Below are positions 36,683-49,596 of a DNA stretch of 64,000 bases, piece after piece. The notes beneath the pieces are model-generated. The model saw only the letters and a program-made list of their open reading frames with translations, was not told the DNA's origin and did no database searches. The stretch comes from Lepidodermella squamata. Taxonomy: Eukaryota > Animalia > Gastrotricha. The position numbers and the translations under genes were made by a program. The first letter of the stretch is position 1; every line of letters begins with the position of its first letter. Location: positions 1,550,001-1,614,000 of the forward strand of contig JBLDXI010000054.1 in the NCBI GenBank assembly GCA_047495785.1, in the 5' to 3' direction.

Positions 36683-38682
36683 TTATTCGACTCGCCGATT
36701 TTGAAGACTCATCAGCACGGAGAAAAGAAATAGGCAACAATTCAGATACCTCAAGTTTGTAATTGATCTTGCTGCTGCACCGTTTTGCAGCATATAATCC
36801 GGCGGCCCACGCTTCCATTCCCAAAATTGGTAGGGTTTTCCCATGCTGCATGAACTAGTTATCAGGTCGAGACCCGACGCCTCGAGGCATTCGTTCGTGA
36901 AAGTGCTTCGAATCATTCCATTCTAGAACGAAACAAATAATTGTTAAACTGTCGAAATAGATGAAATAGAGTTTCTCACCGGAAGAAGGTGAAATCTTTG
37001 AATATCGGCGTCGTAGTCGCATGTTTGAATGAGAACCCTATGCTCCGCCATAGTCATCAGACAGATGTGATCCTGACGAATGAAACCTAACTTTGTCATG
37101 TACCAGATTTGATTCTCTGAAAAACTCAAAGATAAAGAAAGTCAGTGTAGAAACAGGAACGCATACCGTTCCCATGCTGGCAACGGCGTAGCCTTCCTGA
37201 ATCATCGATGCAAAGATTGGTTCCAGCACTTCGAATTACACCAGAGGCATGAACATTGAGTGGATCTAAAGATTCCGGGGTCACATGCTCCAGAAACCAA
37301 CTGAAAGATTTGCATTTGAGGTTTTGACGCAGCTTTTTCCGTTCGGTAACATTCGGGCTGGTTGAAACCGGGAGAGGCATGAACTTGTAGTAATGATATT
37401 TGTACTCATCGAACCAAACTTCAGCGATTCGAACATTGTTTCGGAGATATGGAAAAACAATCAAGGCGTAAGGCTCTACATAGGGCAGTAGATTAGGGGC
37501 TGGGTTTGCGTCGAACATGTGACCAACTCTACTGCATGTAACGATTTCCTGACTCCCACCACACATCCACACTTTTACACCGAGTTCAACGTTTTCCGAG
37601 CCCCAAACCTCCATTCCATCGTCAAACATTCCTAACTTCATGAAGTAGTCCCGTCTCATAACATAGTGGCCAGTGATTGCAATTGGGCATTCTATGGGGT
37701 CTGCTGGAGATCTTCTCTTGCTTTGTCGCCATTTTGAAAGCTGGAAAAGCGATTTCAACAAATTTTACAAATATTTAGCAAGAAATCTCACGTAAAGCCA
37801 CTTGAGCGAGAAATCCCAGAGAAATTGCGTAGTGAGCTGAAATTCCAGGCCAAAGTTGTAAGCCAAAGTATCATGCCTTATCGAATCATGAACTGGCAGC
37901 ACAACAATGGATTGCTTTTGATAGATTCGATAAAGAAGAGGCTCCAGCCATCCTTCGGTCACCTCAACGTGAGCATCCAAATAAGCGATAACCTCGCCAG
38001 TCGCTTGCTTTGCCGCAAAGTTTCTCGCCTTGATTATGCCTAATCGTTCTTTAGTCCTGAATAGTTTCACCTTAGGAAATCGCTTCAGATAGCCCTCAAG
38101 CGGGGCTTTTAGACTCTCATCATCCGACATGTCATCAATCAAAATGATTTCCTTTAAAAGAGATGGCGGTGATCTATTGATTACTGAGTGGATCGTCCTG
38201 AGAAGCATGGACCAGGCTTCGTTGTAGAAACAAATCAAAACCGAAGCTTGGGGCAACTTATCGGTAGGATATTCAATGTTTCGACATTCCGGCGGCCTTA
38301 TGTCTGGTAGAGATCGGTTAAGTGAGATTAGGTCGGAGACAAAGGCGTTGTAGTGATGTGCGAAAATGTTCTCCGTGTAGCGTTTCATTTCTTGCCGCCC
38401 GAGTTGTAGTTTATCGATGACCACGGCAGTTCCATTCTTCCCATAGATATCCGGGATGATTGGAAGGCCATTTGCGCTCGGCTCGTTCAGTAGAGCCTTA
38501 AAACTTCCAGATTGTGAATAGAAATTTAAAATGCCGTCAAGGATTTGTAAAATTTGATACAGCCATACTGCGATGATTACATGGCAGATCAGTAGAACGC
38601 AACGTCTAGGCGTTAATCTCAGGAGTTTGATGACTAGCAAACGGCTGTAGGAAGTAAGCGTACGATACAGGGCCCTCTTCAT
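36683..38682 (-). CDS. GALNT: GALNT-like (GT27) paralog D
   Basis: DAH, WGSENVE, VGH; ricin lectin; tail NGAAARSITNLRYLNCCLFLFSVLMSLQNRRVE*. Confidence 0.9.
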
Positions 38683-38874
38683 TCATGTTATACTATACGC
38701 ACTAACAAACTATTTTTTCATACTCAAATGCGGCGTTGTTTTTGTGCAGGTAAAAACGGTCTTTGTCCTTTGTTTTCAACCAGCTTTACTATGAAATTGA
38801 ACGCAAGCCGGTAGGACTAAGATAACGTCAACAGCTTCACTGAACCATACTTGCTTCGGGTGTCAAACTTTCAT

Positions 38875-40947
38875 TCATTTTATTTTGCAGATTTGCATCA
38901 ACTCAAATTGAGCAATAGTAAAGATAACGATCAAAATGATGAAAATATCTGCTACCCAAGCTGCTAATTTTGTTCTAGGCCTTGGATACCGCTTTATCGG
39001 CGGAAATTCATTATAGAGGTGTAAAGGAATGTCATTCGGTTTTCGTCTATACCAAAGCCAGCGCTGGTATTCGTTGTCTTCATCACAAGGGCTCATGAGA
39101 AGTGATTTCTTGTCTCGGCCGAGTTCCACACATCTGTCATGGCTCACACTTCGGAGCTGTTTGGTCTGAAAACGAAAAAAACTGCATAAAATTGCCATAG
39201 AAATAGTCTTTGAGGTTACTTTGAGGTATTGAAAGACTTGATTCTGCATTTTACCATCACAGGTTCGGACTTCGAGAGGTTTCCCATCGCCTTCGTAGTG
39301 GAAACAGCCTACATCGCGCCTAATCTCGCTATTATTCGTTAGAGCCCAGAATTGAGTGCCTATTACCAAAATTTCCGTTAAGGAGATTTTCAGTATAGGA
39401 GTATACTAACCTGACCAAGGAATTCTCATCCATGTTATAACGTTTTGCTGCTCATCAGTCGTTGCATCGAGAACCCTTCTCGTAACCACACTTTGAATTT
39501 CACCAAAGGCCAATGCCTCGCCATAAGCGTATAATTCAGGCAGAACATTTTGAAGGTACCATTCGAAAGAGTGGCATTTCAATCTCTGTCGCAAGGCTTT
39601 TTGTTTGCTTAAATCTCCAGGGTTAAGACGAAAGTAGCTTTGCTCGTAGAAGTAGTATTTGTAGTTATCCATCCAAACCTCAACGACTCGAATGAGGTTC
39701 GTAAAAATCGGATCGATTCCAAAGCGAAGCCAGTCCCATGTATAAGGCATTTTATTTCGAAATATGTGCCCGACACGGCTGCATGGTATGACCTCGATTC
39801 TGCCGCCACACATCCATACTTTCAGGCTTAGCTCGATGTTTTCCCCGCCTAACCAGAATTTCAAAAATTTAGCAATTAAGATAGATTTTGTGTAAATCAC
39901 CCCAAACGTTCATTCCTTCATCATAGAGACCCAGATGATGGAAAAATTCTCGGTCTATGGAGAAAAGACCACCGGCCAAGGCTGCGTTAGGTATAGGATC
40001 GCTTTCAGATTTTCGGTGCTTCTGTATTCTATCGGGTATCTGAAAAAATTGTATTGTTCAACTTTTCTCACAATTTTATGCCAACTTACTGGTCTCAGCC
40101 ACCGAAACAGGAGCCTCCAGTCGAAAAATCCAACATTCTCATGATTGGCAGATCGATACTCCAGATTATCCCAGTCGATGATATCAATTATGGGTGCTAC
40201 AACTGTAGTCCTATTTTGGTAAATTCGGTACAAAAGTGGCTCCAACCACCCGGGAGAACATTCGCAATGCGAATCGAGAAAGGTCAGAGTCTGGCCTTTC
40301 GCAGCATTGATACCCAATATTCTAGCTCGGATTAGGCCTTCTCTTTGCTTGGCCCGAATCAATTTAACTTTGGGCAATGTGGCGATGTAGTCGTCCAAGG
40401 GTTTCTTCAAGTAGTCATAGCTCGAAAAATCGTCTACTAAAATGATTTCTCGAATCAATCGTTCCGGGCTTTGATTCAAGACGGAATGGACTGTTCTTAT
40501 CAGCGTGGACCAAGCTTCGTTGTGGAAGCAAATGATAACAGAAGTATCAGGCAATTCTTCGACCGGGTATTGAGGCCCGACCCTGCATTCGTTCATCCTA
40601 ACATCTGGGGCAGATCGATTGACTGAAATGAGTTCTGATACGAATTCATTGAAGCCATGCCGCTCGAAACCTCGAGCCCGTTTTCTAGCATCGACCCAGC
40701 TTAATTTTGATGTATTAACCACAGTAGCCATTCCATTGAATCCAGGGTCGATGCTATTGAAAATACCGGGCGGTTCGAAGTAATCAAGCTTTGGTCTCTG
40801 GAGTAAGTCATAAGTTACGTAATCAGCTGTCAAGTCGAAAATGTGGCATAATTCCGCCCAATTTCGCAAAATTGCGAGGAGAAAGACGGCTATTACAAAA
40901 TACCATGGCCAAACAATTTTCACCATGGAGTAGTGAGGTATATTCAT
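38875..40947 (-). CDS. GALNT: polypeptide GalNAc-transferase paralog E (canonical catalytic motifs)
   Basis: FHNEA, GLIRAR, FLDSHCE, LAGGLF, WGGENIE, VGHIFR; spliced frame checked; ricin lectin followed by a C-terminal hydrophobic segment. Confidence 0.92.
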
Positions 40948-41109
40948 GTTAAGCGTAGTAGCATCGCTGTATATGCCGTGTAAGTCATTGTTCTTAAAAT
41001 GTTGGCTTCTCTCTCGTAAACAAATGCGCCACGTCGTCGTACGAAAAAAACAGTTCTCAATTGATAAAGAATTTATTTCAGCAATAGCGTAAAAATTACG
41101 GAAGAAAAG

Positions 41110-42975
41110 CTACCGCGTCAGAAATACGAAGCATACGATCGAAAAATAAGAAATTAATTTTTGAATGTCACGGCTGTTCGCCGCATTGAGCAGCGCTTCG
41201 GGTAAATCTGAGCGTAAATGAAGCGGCAAGCCATCGGGACGCTTTCTCCACAACCATTGCTGGCGCCGGCTCGACGGCAAGCATGGTTTCATCTCGATAA
41301 CCGACGTCCTGCGGCTTGCTTCGATGCAAGTATCGCTATTGGCGTGACGAATGTGTTTGCTCTGAAAATACAGATCTCAAATCTTTTCCGATGCAAAAAG
41401 GTTTAAAACATACTGGAAGATACTCAAACCGCTGGGTGTTCGAGTTCGGATCACAGCGAGCTGCCATTAGGGTTCGGTTGACATAATCCATACACAAATT
41501 TCCATCATGCTTGAAAAGCCCATTTTTCGTTAACAATAGGAATTGAAAGCCTAAGAAACATTGTTCAATTTTTGAGATAATTCCGCAAGAGCCGACTTAC
41601 CTCCATTATGGGAGCACCTTCTTAGGGTGACCGGGTTACTGGGACCTCGGGGGGCCTCCAGACAGCTTTCCCTATTGCTAACCTGGCCAGCGTAGACCGC
41701 ATCGCTCGGCACCTCAAGTTCCGGGAAGACATTATTCAAGTACCATTCGAAGGATTTACACTCCAATCTCCTCCTAAGCTCCTTTCTCGAGGTTACATCG
41801 CCATAATCTCCTATCCGGTAATCGAACCTCTCGTAGTAGTAATGTTTGTAACCATCCAGCCAAACCTCGGCTAAACGGATATTGTTCTTCAGCAGGAAAT
41901 TGTTGCTGTTAACCCAACTGTAAGGCTGGGTGCTTCGGAAGATGTGCCCGACCCTACTGCATGGCATTATTGCGATACTACCGCCACACATCCAAGTTTT
42001 GAAACTGAGCTCAAGATTCTCCCCGCCCCAGTTATCCATCTCTCGGTCGTAGGTGCCTAATTTGAAGAAGAAATCTCTGTGTATCGAAAACAACCCTCCA
42101 GCCATGGTAGGTGACGGTATAGGGTCTGTCGCTCTATTCGGCCGTTTGTCATATTTCTCCGCGGTGATTGCATACCATTGAAAGGACATGTCCCAATCAA
42201 AACCGCCAGTGTTGTACTGAGAAACACTGCCATATTTGAAGTTATTTACGTCGATAATGTCGATGATCGGTGTTACTACGTTGGTCTTACTCAGGTGGAT
42301 CTGGTGAAGCATTGGTTCAAGCCAACCGGTCATGCATTCGCAGTGGGAGTCTAGAAAAGTTAAGACGTCGCCCCTAGCATGGTCGACCCCGAAGAGTCTG
42401 GCTCTTATCAAGCCTTCTCGTTTCGGCGTCCTTAATAGCCGAACTTTCTTCAGCGTACTGACGTAGATTTCGAGCTTTAGCCCCAGGTCAACATTGCTGG
42501 AGAAGTCGTCAATCAGTAAGACCTCTTTAAGGAGTCTTGGAGGGGTGCGGTCTATTACTGAATGCACAGTCCTAACCAGCGCGGAAAAGGCTTCGTTGTG
42601 GAAACAAATTATCACACTTGCATCAGGTAGCTTTTCGATAGGGTATTCAATTGATTTGCATTCGTCGTATCTTATGTCATCCAGAGTTCGGTTAACAGCG
42701 ATTATATCTGATAAGAATTGGTTGTAGCCATTTTTTCGATAGCCTCTGTTATATTCGTTCAACTGCTTCCATGTTAATTGGTCAGTGTCGAGATTTGCCG
42801 CATTTCCGCCCTCGCCGTCTTTGGCGATTTTTGTGAAATTTATGCCGAGACGAGGATCGGGTTCTGAAAGACGTGGTACTGTGAAGATGATGAGTAGGAT
42901 AACGAATAGTGAAGTTCCGAGTATTAAGGCGGCTGTAAAACGGCTTTTTCTAAGCCGGCGCTTGGCGTAGACCAT
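41110..42975 (-). CDS. GALNT: polypeptide GalNAc-transferase paralog F (most canonical)
   Basis: [44 protein letters not shown]; ricin lectin; tail [27 protein letters not shown]. Confidence 0.93.
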
Positions 42976-43767
42976 AAATTCCTAATTATTTTTCTACATG
43001 TTCCTAAAAAATTGTAGAAAAAATGCAAAATTTAATTTAGAGCTGTAGATGAAAAAAACGCGGTTTCAAGCAGTTTTTCATTAAATTGGCTGTAGTAGGC
43101 CATGCACTGTAGTGTTTGCTAACAAGTGTGAGCGTAAATTCATCAATACAACGTCTCGTTTCACATTATTTCGCGTGTTCACATTTTACGCACATGCACA
43201 CGCAGCATACACGCATATTCAAGAAATATACGTACCTACTACCTACGTGAGAAGGACGCCTATTATGAAGGGTAGAAAATAATACGAGGAAGTATGCACA
43301 GCGAAACATAATATGTGGATGTGATGAAATTTGAAACCAGCAGTGCGAAAGACAAGAGCATATTTTTAAATGATATTATTGCAAAAGGATAATTGCAATA
43401 ACCGATTGTGATATTACACCTAATAAATATTCTGTTAATGAGAGCGCATCGAATGAATGACTGCACGGGACGTTATAATCAGCATAGCAATTTTCTATAT
43501 TTCAGATTATTGCTGAATTCAGCAGTCAGCACGCACTCAAGCGCCTTTGGGCAGAAAAATTATCGATTTTATGACCATCGCGATAGCCTTTTCAATACGC
43601 ACCGGTTAATAGTAAATATCCAAATAATAATGAAAAAATCGATTAAAACTCATGGCACACCTTGATAAACACTGCTTGTAGTTGTTTACAGCGGTTGAGT
43701 AAAGCTTGTGAAAGATAAACATGTAAGGACTCTCATGTAGGTCAGGTGAGGATAACGTCAACAAAAA

Positions 43768-45614
43768 ATGCCGGTTATCACATTAAACCGCAATGTCTTG
43801 CATAAAATCCTTATCACTGTAGGCATTCTCTGGTTCCACGGTTTCATCGCTCTTTTACGGGACAATTTTTCTAATGACGTCAAGATTGCGAAAAATTTGG
43901 AAGCTGTCTCAGATCATCATGGTAAAAACGGCGTTGCAGTGAATTTTCGAAAATACAAACTTGGATACAGCGACTTTGCGAGATACATTGACAGCTATTG
44001 GAACTATGGCTTGAATGAAATATCCTCAGAATTGATGTCGCTCCACAGGTCGATTCCAGATTTCAGGCCTGAAAGCTGCAAGGCGGCAAACTATCGACTA
44101 GAAAAGCTGCCCGATGCTTCGATAGTCGTGGTTTTTCAAAATGAAGCTTGGTCTGTTTTGTTGAGGACAATTCAGTCAATTTTCGACCGATCTCCGTCAG
44201 AGTTACTCCGCGAAATCATTTTAGTCGATAATCACTCTACTATGGATCATTTGAAACAACCCTTGGAAGCTTTTGTCAGTATGCATGATAGAATTCGACT
44301 GATTAGAACAGAAGGCCACAAGAGTATGGAGAGCGCGAAGATGTTAGGCGCAAAATTGGCTACGGGCAAAGTCATCGTATTTCTGAGTTCGCACATCGAA
44401 TGCGGTCATGGTTGGCTTGAACCGTTGTTGCATCGAGTTCATGAAAACAAAACGAACGTAGCTATACCTTTCGTGGACAAGATTGAACCCGAAACAATGG
44501 AATACATCGAAGGTGAGCGTGGAAGAGTTGCAGGGTTTGGATGGGATCTTATGCCCAAATGGATAAACAGAGTTTGTTATTTTAATTGAGCTTTATAAAT
44601 GAATCGTTAATATCAGGTTAAGGTAGATCGTGGCGATGATTCACCGATCCCAACGCCCGCAATTCCTTATGGTATTTATGCTATTGATCGGGAATTTTTC
44701 TTTCACGTCGGGGGCTATGAGCAATCCAAAGGTTTGTCCTTCTTCCTGTTTTGGATCAAGTTAAATTTTCTGTTCAAGGAGATGAAACAATAGAAATCAG
44801 CTTGAAGGCTTGGCGATGTGGGGGTCGTCTAGAAATAATTCCATGCAGTCACGTTGGTCGAATCGAAAAATTACCGAACATTTTCTCGCCCAGTAATTTC
44901 GAAAGTCATAGAGCAAACTTGAGGGTAGCTGCTATGTGGCTTGATAATTACCAACGTTATTTCCATGAATACCAGCAAAATCACTTGAATCTGTTTGAAA
45001 GACTAGCCGTGAACATGCTGCACTCGAAACGCGAATATGGCAAGCCTTCAGTTCAGAATTGTAAATCTTTCGATTGGTACCTCGAAAACGTCTTTCCGGA
45101 ACTGTTTGTGCCCGAAAAGTCTTTGGCATCTGGCCTAATCAAAGCAAAAGAGTTAGGTCTGTGCATTAAAAAGAAATGGGACGAACCTTCCGTAGAACTA
45201 CAACCTTGCGATTCCAACTCAGGTAAAATTCACCATTTTCCAACTCTGGTTTAACCGTTATTTTTTAAATCAAAGAATTTAGCTCTTGGCATTTGAGTCG
45301 CAACAGGCGCATAAGGAGGGATGACGACATATGCTGGGGAGCGTGGGGTGTAAAGAAAATCTACCTTGTTCGATGTGACGAGTTTAGAGAGGAACAGACT
45401 TTCGAATACCTCGAGGTATTATTTTTCATCATTTTTCCAAAGAATCTCCTCAAATCCAATTGTTTACTAGTCTGATCAGATTCGCAACGATTTGACTGGG
45501 AAATGCATCGAATATGATAAAACTGAGATCAACCAGACGGAATGTGATTCATCAAATCCAAGGCAGCGTTGGCTCTGGAATAGAAGACCCAGTTCTGCTA
45601 TCGTAGTTATTTGA
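43768..45614 (+). CDS. GALNT: GALNT-like paralog G, predicted catalytically inactive
   Basis: GT27 fold motifs present, but DxH is SSH, WGGEN is replaced by KG|DET, VGH is VGR, and GLIRAR is SMESAK. Lectin exons splice in frame to TGA at 45612-45614; no C-terminal tail. Confidence 0.85.
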
Positions 45615-45789
45615 ACTTCATTTTCATTTTATTGTGATAAATTTTCAATCCGCTTGTATTTATGCATCTTTCATTCATAATAAACAAACCGCGCGCAGGT
45701 TTATTTCATTGTAAATATAAAAGGCATGGCTAGTTTTTATGGTCAAAATAAAGTTAAACAACTATAATATGACATAGCTATGGCTTACA

Positions 45790-47690
45790 ATGGCTGTTAT
45801 TTCACGCAGGCGAATAAAAAAACTGCTGTTACTGTTCAACTTAATTTGGCTTATCTACGTCCTGCGGGAGATCGCCTATGCTGTTGATTTCTACCTCCGC
45901 GATAGGCCACATGACGTCTTTCAATTTCACAGCCCTGAGTTCGATGCAGTCAATGAAATCCCGGATAAATATGGCGCGAATGGCGCGAAAATCCTGATTA
46001 AAAAGGAGAATTTGAGCCGGGAAGATGCGAAGCGATATACCGAAGGCTACTTCACCTACTACTTCAACGCTTTTGGCTCAGATCTGATGTCCTACCACCG
46101 ATCGATTCCTGATTATAGAGACCAGCTTTGCCGCGACATTGTCTATCCTTTGGAGAAAATGCCAGATACAACGGTTATCATTTGCTTCTACAATGACGCT
46201 TGGTCTGTTCTGTTAAGGACTATGCATGCTGTCCTTGATCGGTCGCCCGATTCTCTACTCAAAGAAGTGCTTTTAGTCGACGACTCTTCAACAATGCCTC
46301 ATCTGCATAAACCACTCGAGGACTATATCGCGAAGTTCCCAAAGGTTAGACTGATTCGGACTAGTAAAAACGAAGGTTTGAGTCGAGTTCATAACTTCGC
46401 GGCGGATCATGCGAAAGGGACCGTCCTCACGTTTCTCGATTCCCATGTGGAGGTTCACAAAGGATGGCTCGAGCCGCTTCTTTACGCGATCCACCTTAAT
46501 GAAACAACCGTAGCCCAGCCTAGGATAGATACGGTTGATGGTGACGAATTGAATTACGTTCCAAGTCATGACGATTATGCAGGCGGTTTCTCGTGGGATG
46601 ATCTCGGGCACACTGGTCTTTATGTAAGTGCATTCCACTATCTTCGATTTATCTTATGATCTGTGAGTAGTTTACAAAATGGAGACTTGGGAAGCGCGAC
46701 AGACGGGTAGATCCTATTCCAATACCTATGACTTTCGGAGGCCATTTGGCGATTCATCGCGACTTTTTCAACAAACTAGGACGTTATGACCCTGGTTACG
46801 AAGTCTGGGGTATGAAAATGATATGAAATCGCTTTCGAAACTTTTCATAAATTTCCCAGGGACTGAAAATACCGAAATAAGCTTCAAATCTTGGATGTGT
46901 GGCGGCAGCATGTTTCTAATGCCTTGCAGTCGAGTAGGTCATGTTAGTCATCGAAGCGTCTTCCCGCGACTGCCCTGGGCTAGATCCTACTTCGCTTTCA
47001 ATCCTTTGTTCTACCTTCGAAATAACATCCGACTCGCTGAGGCTTGGATGGATGAATACCGACTCTACTACTACCGAAAAATGCCAGTGAAGCTAAGCAC
47101 AAATGTCGACGTCTCAGACCGAGTGGACATCCGAAAGAGATTGGGCTGCAAATCTTTCAAGTGGTATCTCAACAATGTTTACCCGGAGGCTTTCAATCCT
47201 TTGGATGTATCTGCATCTGGACTAGTCCGAAATGTCGAAAATGGACTGTGTTTAGATTCGGAAAATGGGAAACTAATCGCTTCAAGCTGTTATGAAGAGC
47301 TGGGTAATAAGACACCGTTTTAGAGTATGGCTATTACAGCAATGATATAATTGTGTTTAGAAAGTCAAAATTGGTATCTAACTGAGCGAAATCAAGTTCG
47401 TCGCGATGAAACATGCTGGTCAAGCAGCGGGGAGGGACAAGTAGACGTAATTTCATGCTCAATCGACCAAACAAATCAGAAATTCGAGTATGGCAAGGTG
47501 AAACTATTTCACTACTGAAAATTCTGTTTCCAATAGTTTTTGTTTCCTATAGAATGGTCAGATAGTAAATATGGACTATGGGTTATGCTTGGAGGCTGTT
47601 GGCTATGATGTTGCGATGCGAAAATGCAATAGTAACGCACGCCAGAAATGGAAATGGAAGCGTGGCCCCCCTGATTACTTGAGACTTTGA
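45790..47690 (+). CDS. GALNT: GALNT-like paralog H
   Basis: FYNDA, FLDSHVE, TFGGHL, WGTENTE, VGH; ricin lectin; ends [11 protein letters not shown] with no hydrophobic tail. Confidence 0.88.
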
Positions 47691-48363
47691 ATTAGTGTCG
47701 TTAAATTAATAATGAAGAATAAAAATTGCATTTGAATCCGTCTCAGGAGCATTCAATCGGGTTGATGAAAGTGTCAGTGAGACTGCACTAATCGCTGCCT
47801 AGCTACCTAGAAGACACCCCAACAAGCGACCCTAAGAGCGTTCATTCGGGAACCATGGTTTCGGCCCTTCCATTCAACGAATGGGACGTCTCAAACTGAA
47901 TCCATCCATTGATGAAAGTCCTGGTATATGCTAAATAAATTGTCTTTGATTTTGAACAAGGCAAAAACCGGAGATTGTATTAGCTTGACCGTTGACGTTG
48001 ATGATACTGCTTTTCATAATAATAAGTTTTTCAGTTTTTTGCAAAATTTTCGTAAAGCAGATTGTCGTGTTATGACGCCATTATTAACGGGGTTTCATGG
48101 GATTGTAAACAACGTTAACCGTTATTTTCCCGCACAGTAGCGTTTGACAGTTTGCTGCATGACGCACATACCAACCTTTGCCAAATCTCGTGCGTGTGGC
48201 GGATAGTTCGAAGTTGGTGCAATTAAGCAGGAAAAAAATGATTTTTTATGTTGTTTTCGAACCTCATGTTGCTTAAGCTGGCGAACGTGGCCATAAAAGC
48301 TGCTTGAAGCTGCCATTTTTCATTTCATCAAATAAAGTATCTTCAAGTTGCCCAAACATTACC

Positions 48364-48607
48364 ATGCTGAAACTTACAATTGGCGTTCTACTTCTGGTGA
48401 GTTTCTTCCCCGACTGAAGTTATAATTACGACGTGGTTATAATTTTCTCAGGCTTTCCTCGTAATGGCCATAGTAGTCGAAGCAGATATGTTGAGCGAGG
48501 GCTCATTCTTGAGCCGTGCCAGACGAGGGAAATGTCCAACGTGCTCTTCATGCCAAAAAGGCTACTCCTGTAACTGTGGAGTCTGCATTCCTACGTCTCC
48601 TTGGTGA
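48364..48607 (+). CDS. secreted cysteine-rich peptide precursor (62 aa; toxin/antimicrobial-peptide-like architecture)
   Basis: Exons 48364-48396 and 48452-48607 give MLKLTIGVLLLAFLVMAIVVEA-DMLSEGSFLSRARR-GKCPTCSSCQKGYSCNCGVCIPTSPW*. Clean GT-AG intron; AATAAA at ~48760. Confidence 0.85.
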
Positions 48608-48825
48608 GATGTTTTTTGATAGCCAATCACCCGCCCAAGGATGAGACTTATTGTAGAGTAACATTTATTCACCTTTATTGCCTCGCAGATTTGCAACAGA
48701 TATTTATTTGCAATATCCTGTTTTGTCATTTCGACTAATTAATTCGTATAATTTGGCTGAATAAAATCCATGATATAATAATCTACCTATCATCTAGAAC
48801 AAATTAAACAATTTACGTATCAAGA

Positions 48826-48935
48826 CAGAGCTGGAAAACATGCAAAATTTCCTAACATTTTCTAACAAACAAAACAAAAATTTCCTAAATTTCCCAAAAT
48901 TTCCTGCGGGCCTGGCTTGTGGTTTTCCAGCTCTG
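48826..48935. mobile_element. 110-bp hAT-type MITE
   Basis: 14-bp TIR cagagctggaaaac/gttttccagctctg flanked by a perfect 8-bp TSD, tatcaaga. Confidence 0.9.
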
Positions 48936-49596
48936 TATCAAGATATTATACGAATGAGACTATCCTTCGTGAACAATCGGGGCTAAGTATCATCAATGAA
49001 GTTTTTATCAATGACTTCGAAGAAATGAGATGAATGCAACAGTCGAATAAATGACGGTGAGCGAATCATCTTTTAAGGTTGCGCCTTATTTGTAATTTTA
49101 GCCAACTGCTATTGAGCCACAAGGCCGAGAATCTAGTCTCAACTTCACGCTCTTAAAATCCGTAAAATAGTGTTCGAACTCCTCCTCGACAATCGCACAC
49201 CAGCAACGCATCGTTTGGCGTGGATACTGTCACATACGGCTGTTAAATAACAACGTAAAAACTGCAGCTAGCATTTAAAATCTCACGCTGATTGCATCCC
49301 ACGCCAGTTCGAGCGCCGATAAGAGCGTGCGGAGAGCCGTAACTTAGGCGGACCTGAAAATGTGCATTTAGGTTCAGTCCTACTTGTTTGGATACAATAT
49401 GAATGGCTCATAAATGTTGCGATCATATCATTGACTCTTCATGAAGTGCGTAGTTCGTGAGTTGAGAAATTTTCTGTGATGGAAAAATTGCAGCAAGTAA
49501 TGTGTCTTCATTCAGAGCGAATTCTAAAATTAAACATTCGTGATTCTATTGAGTTTTTTCGCGGTCTAATTAAGGTGGCTGGTAGAAAAAGGTAAG

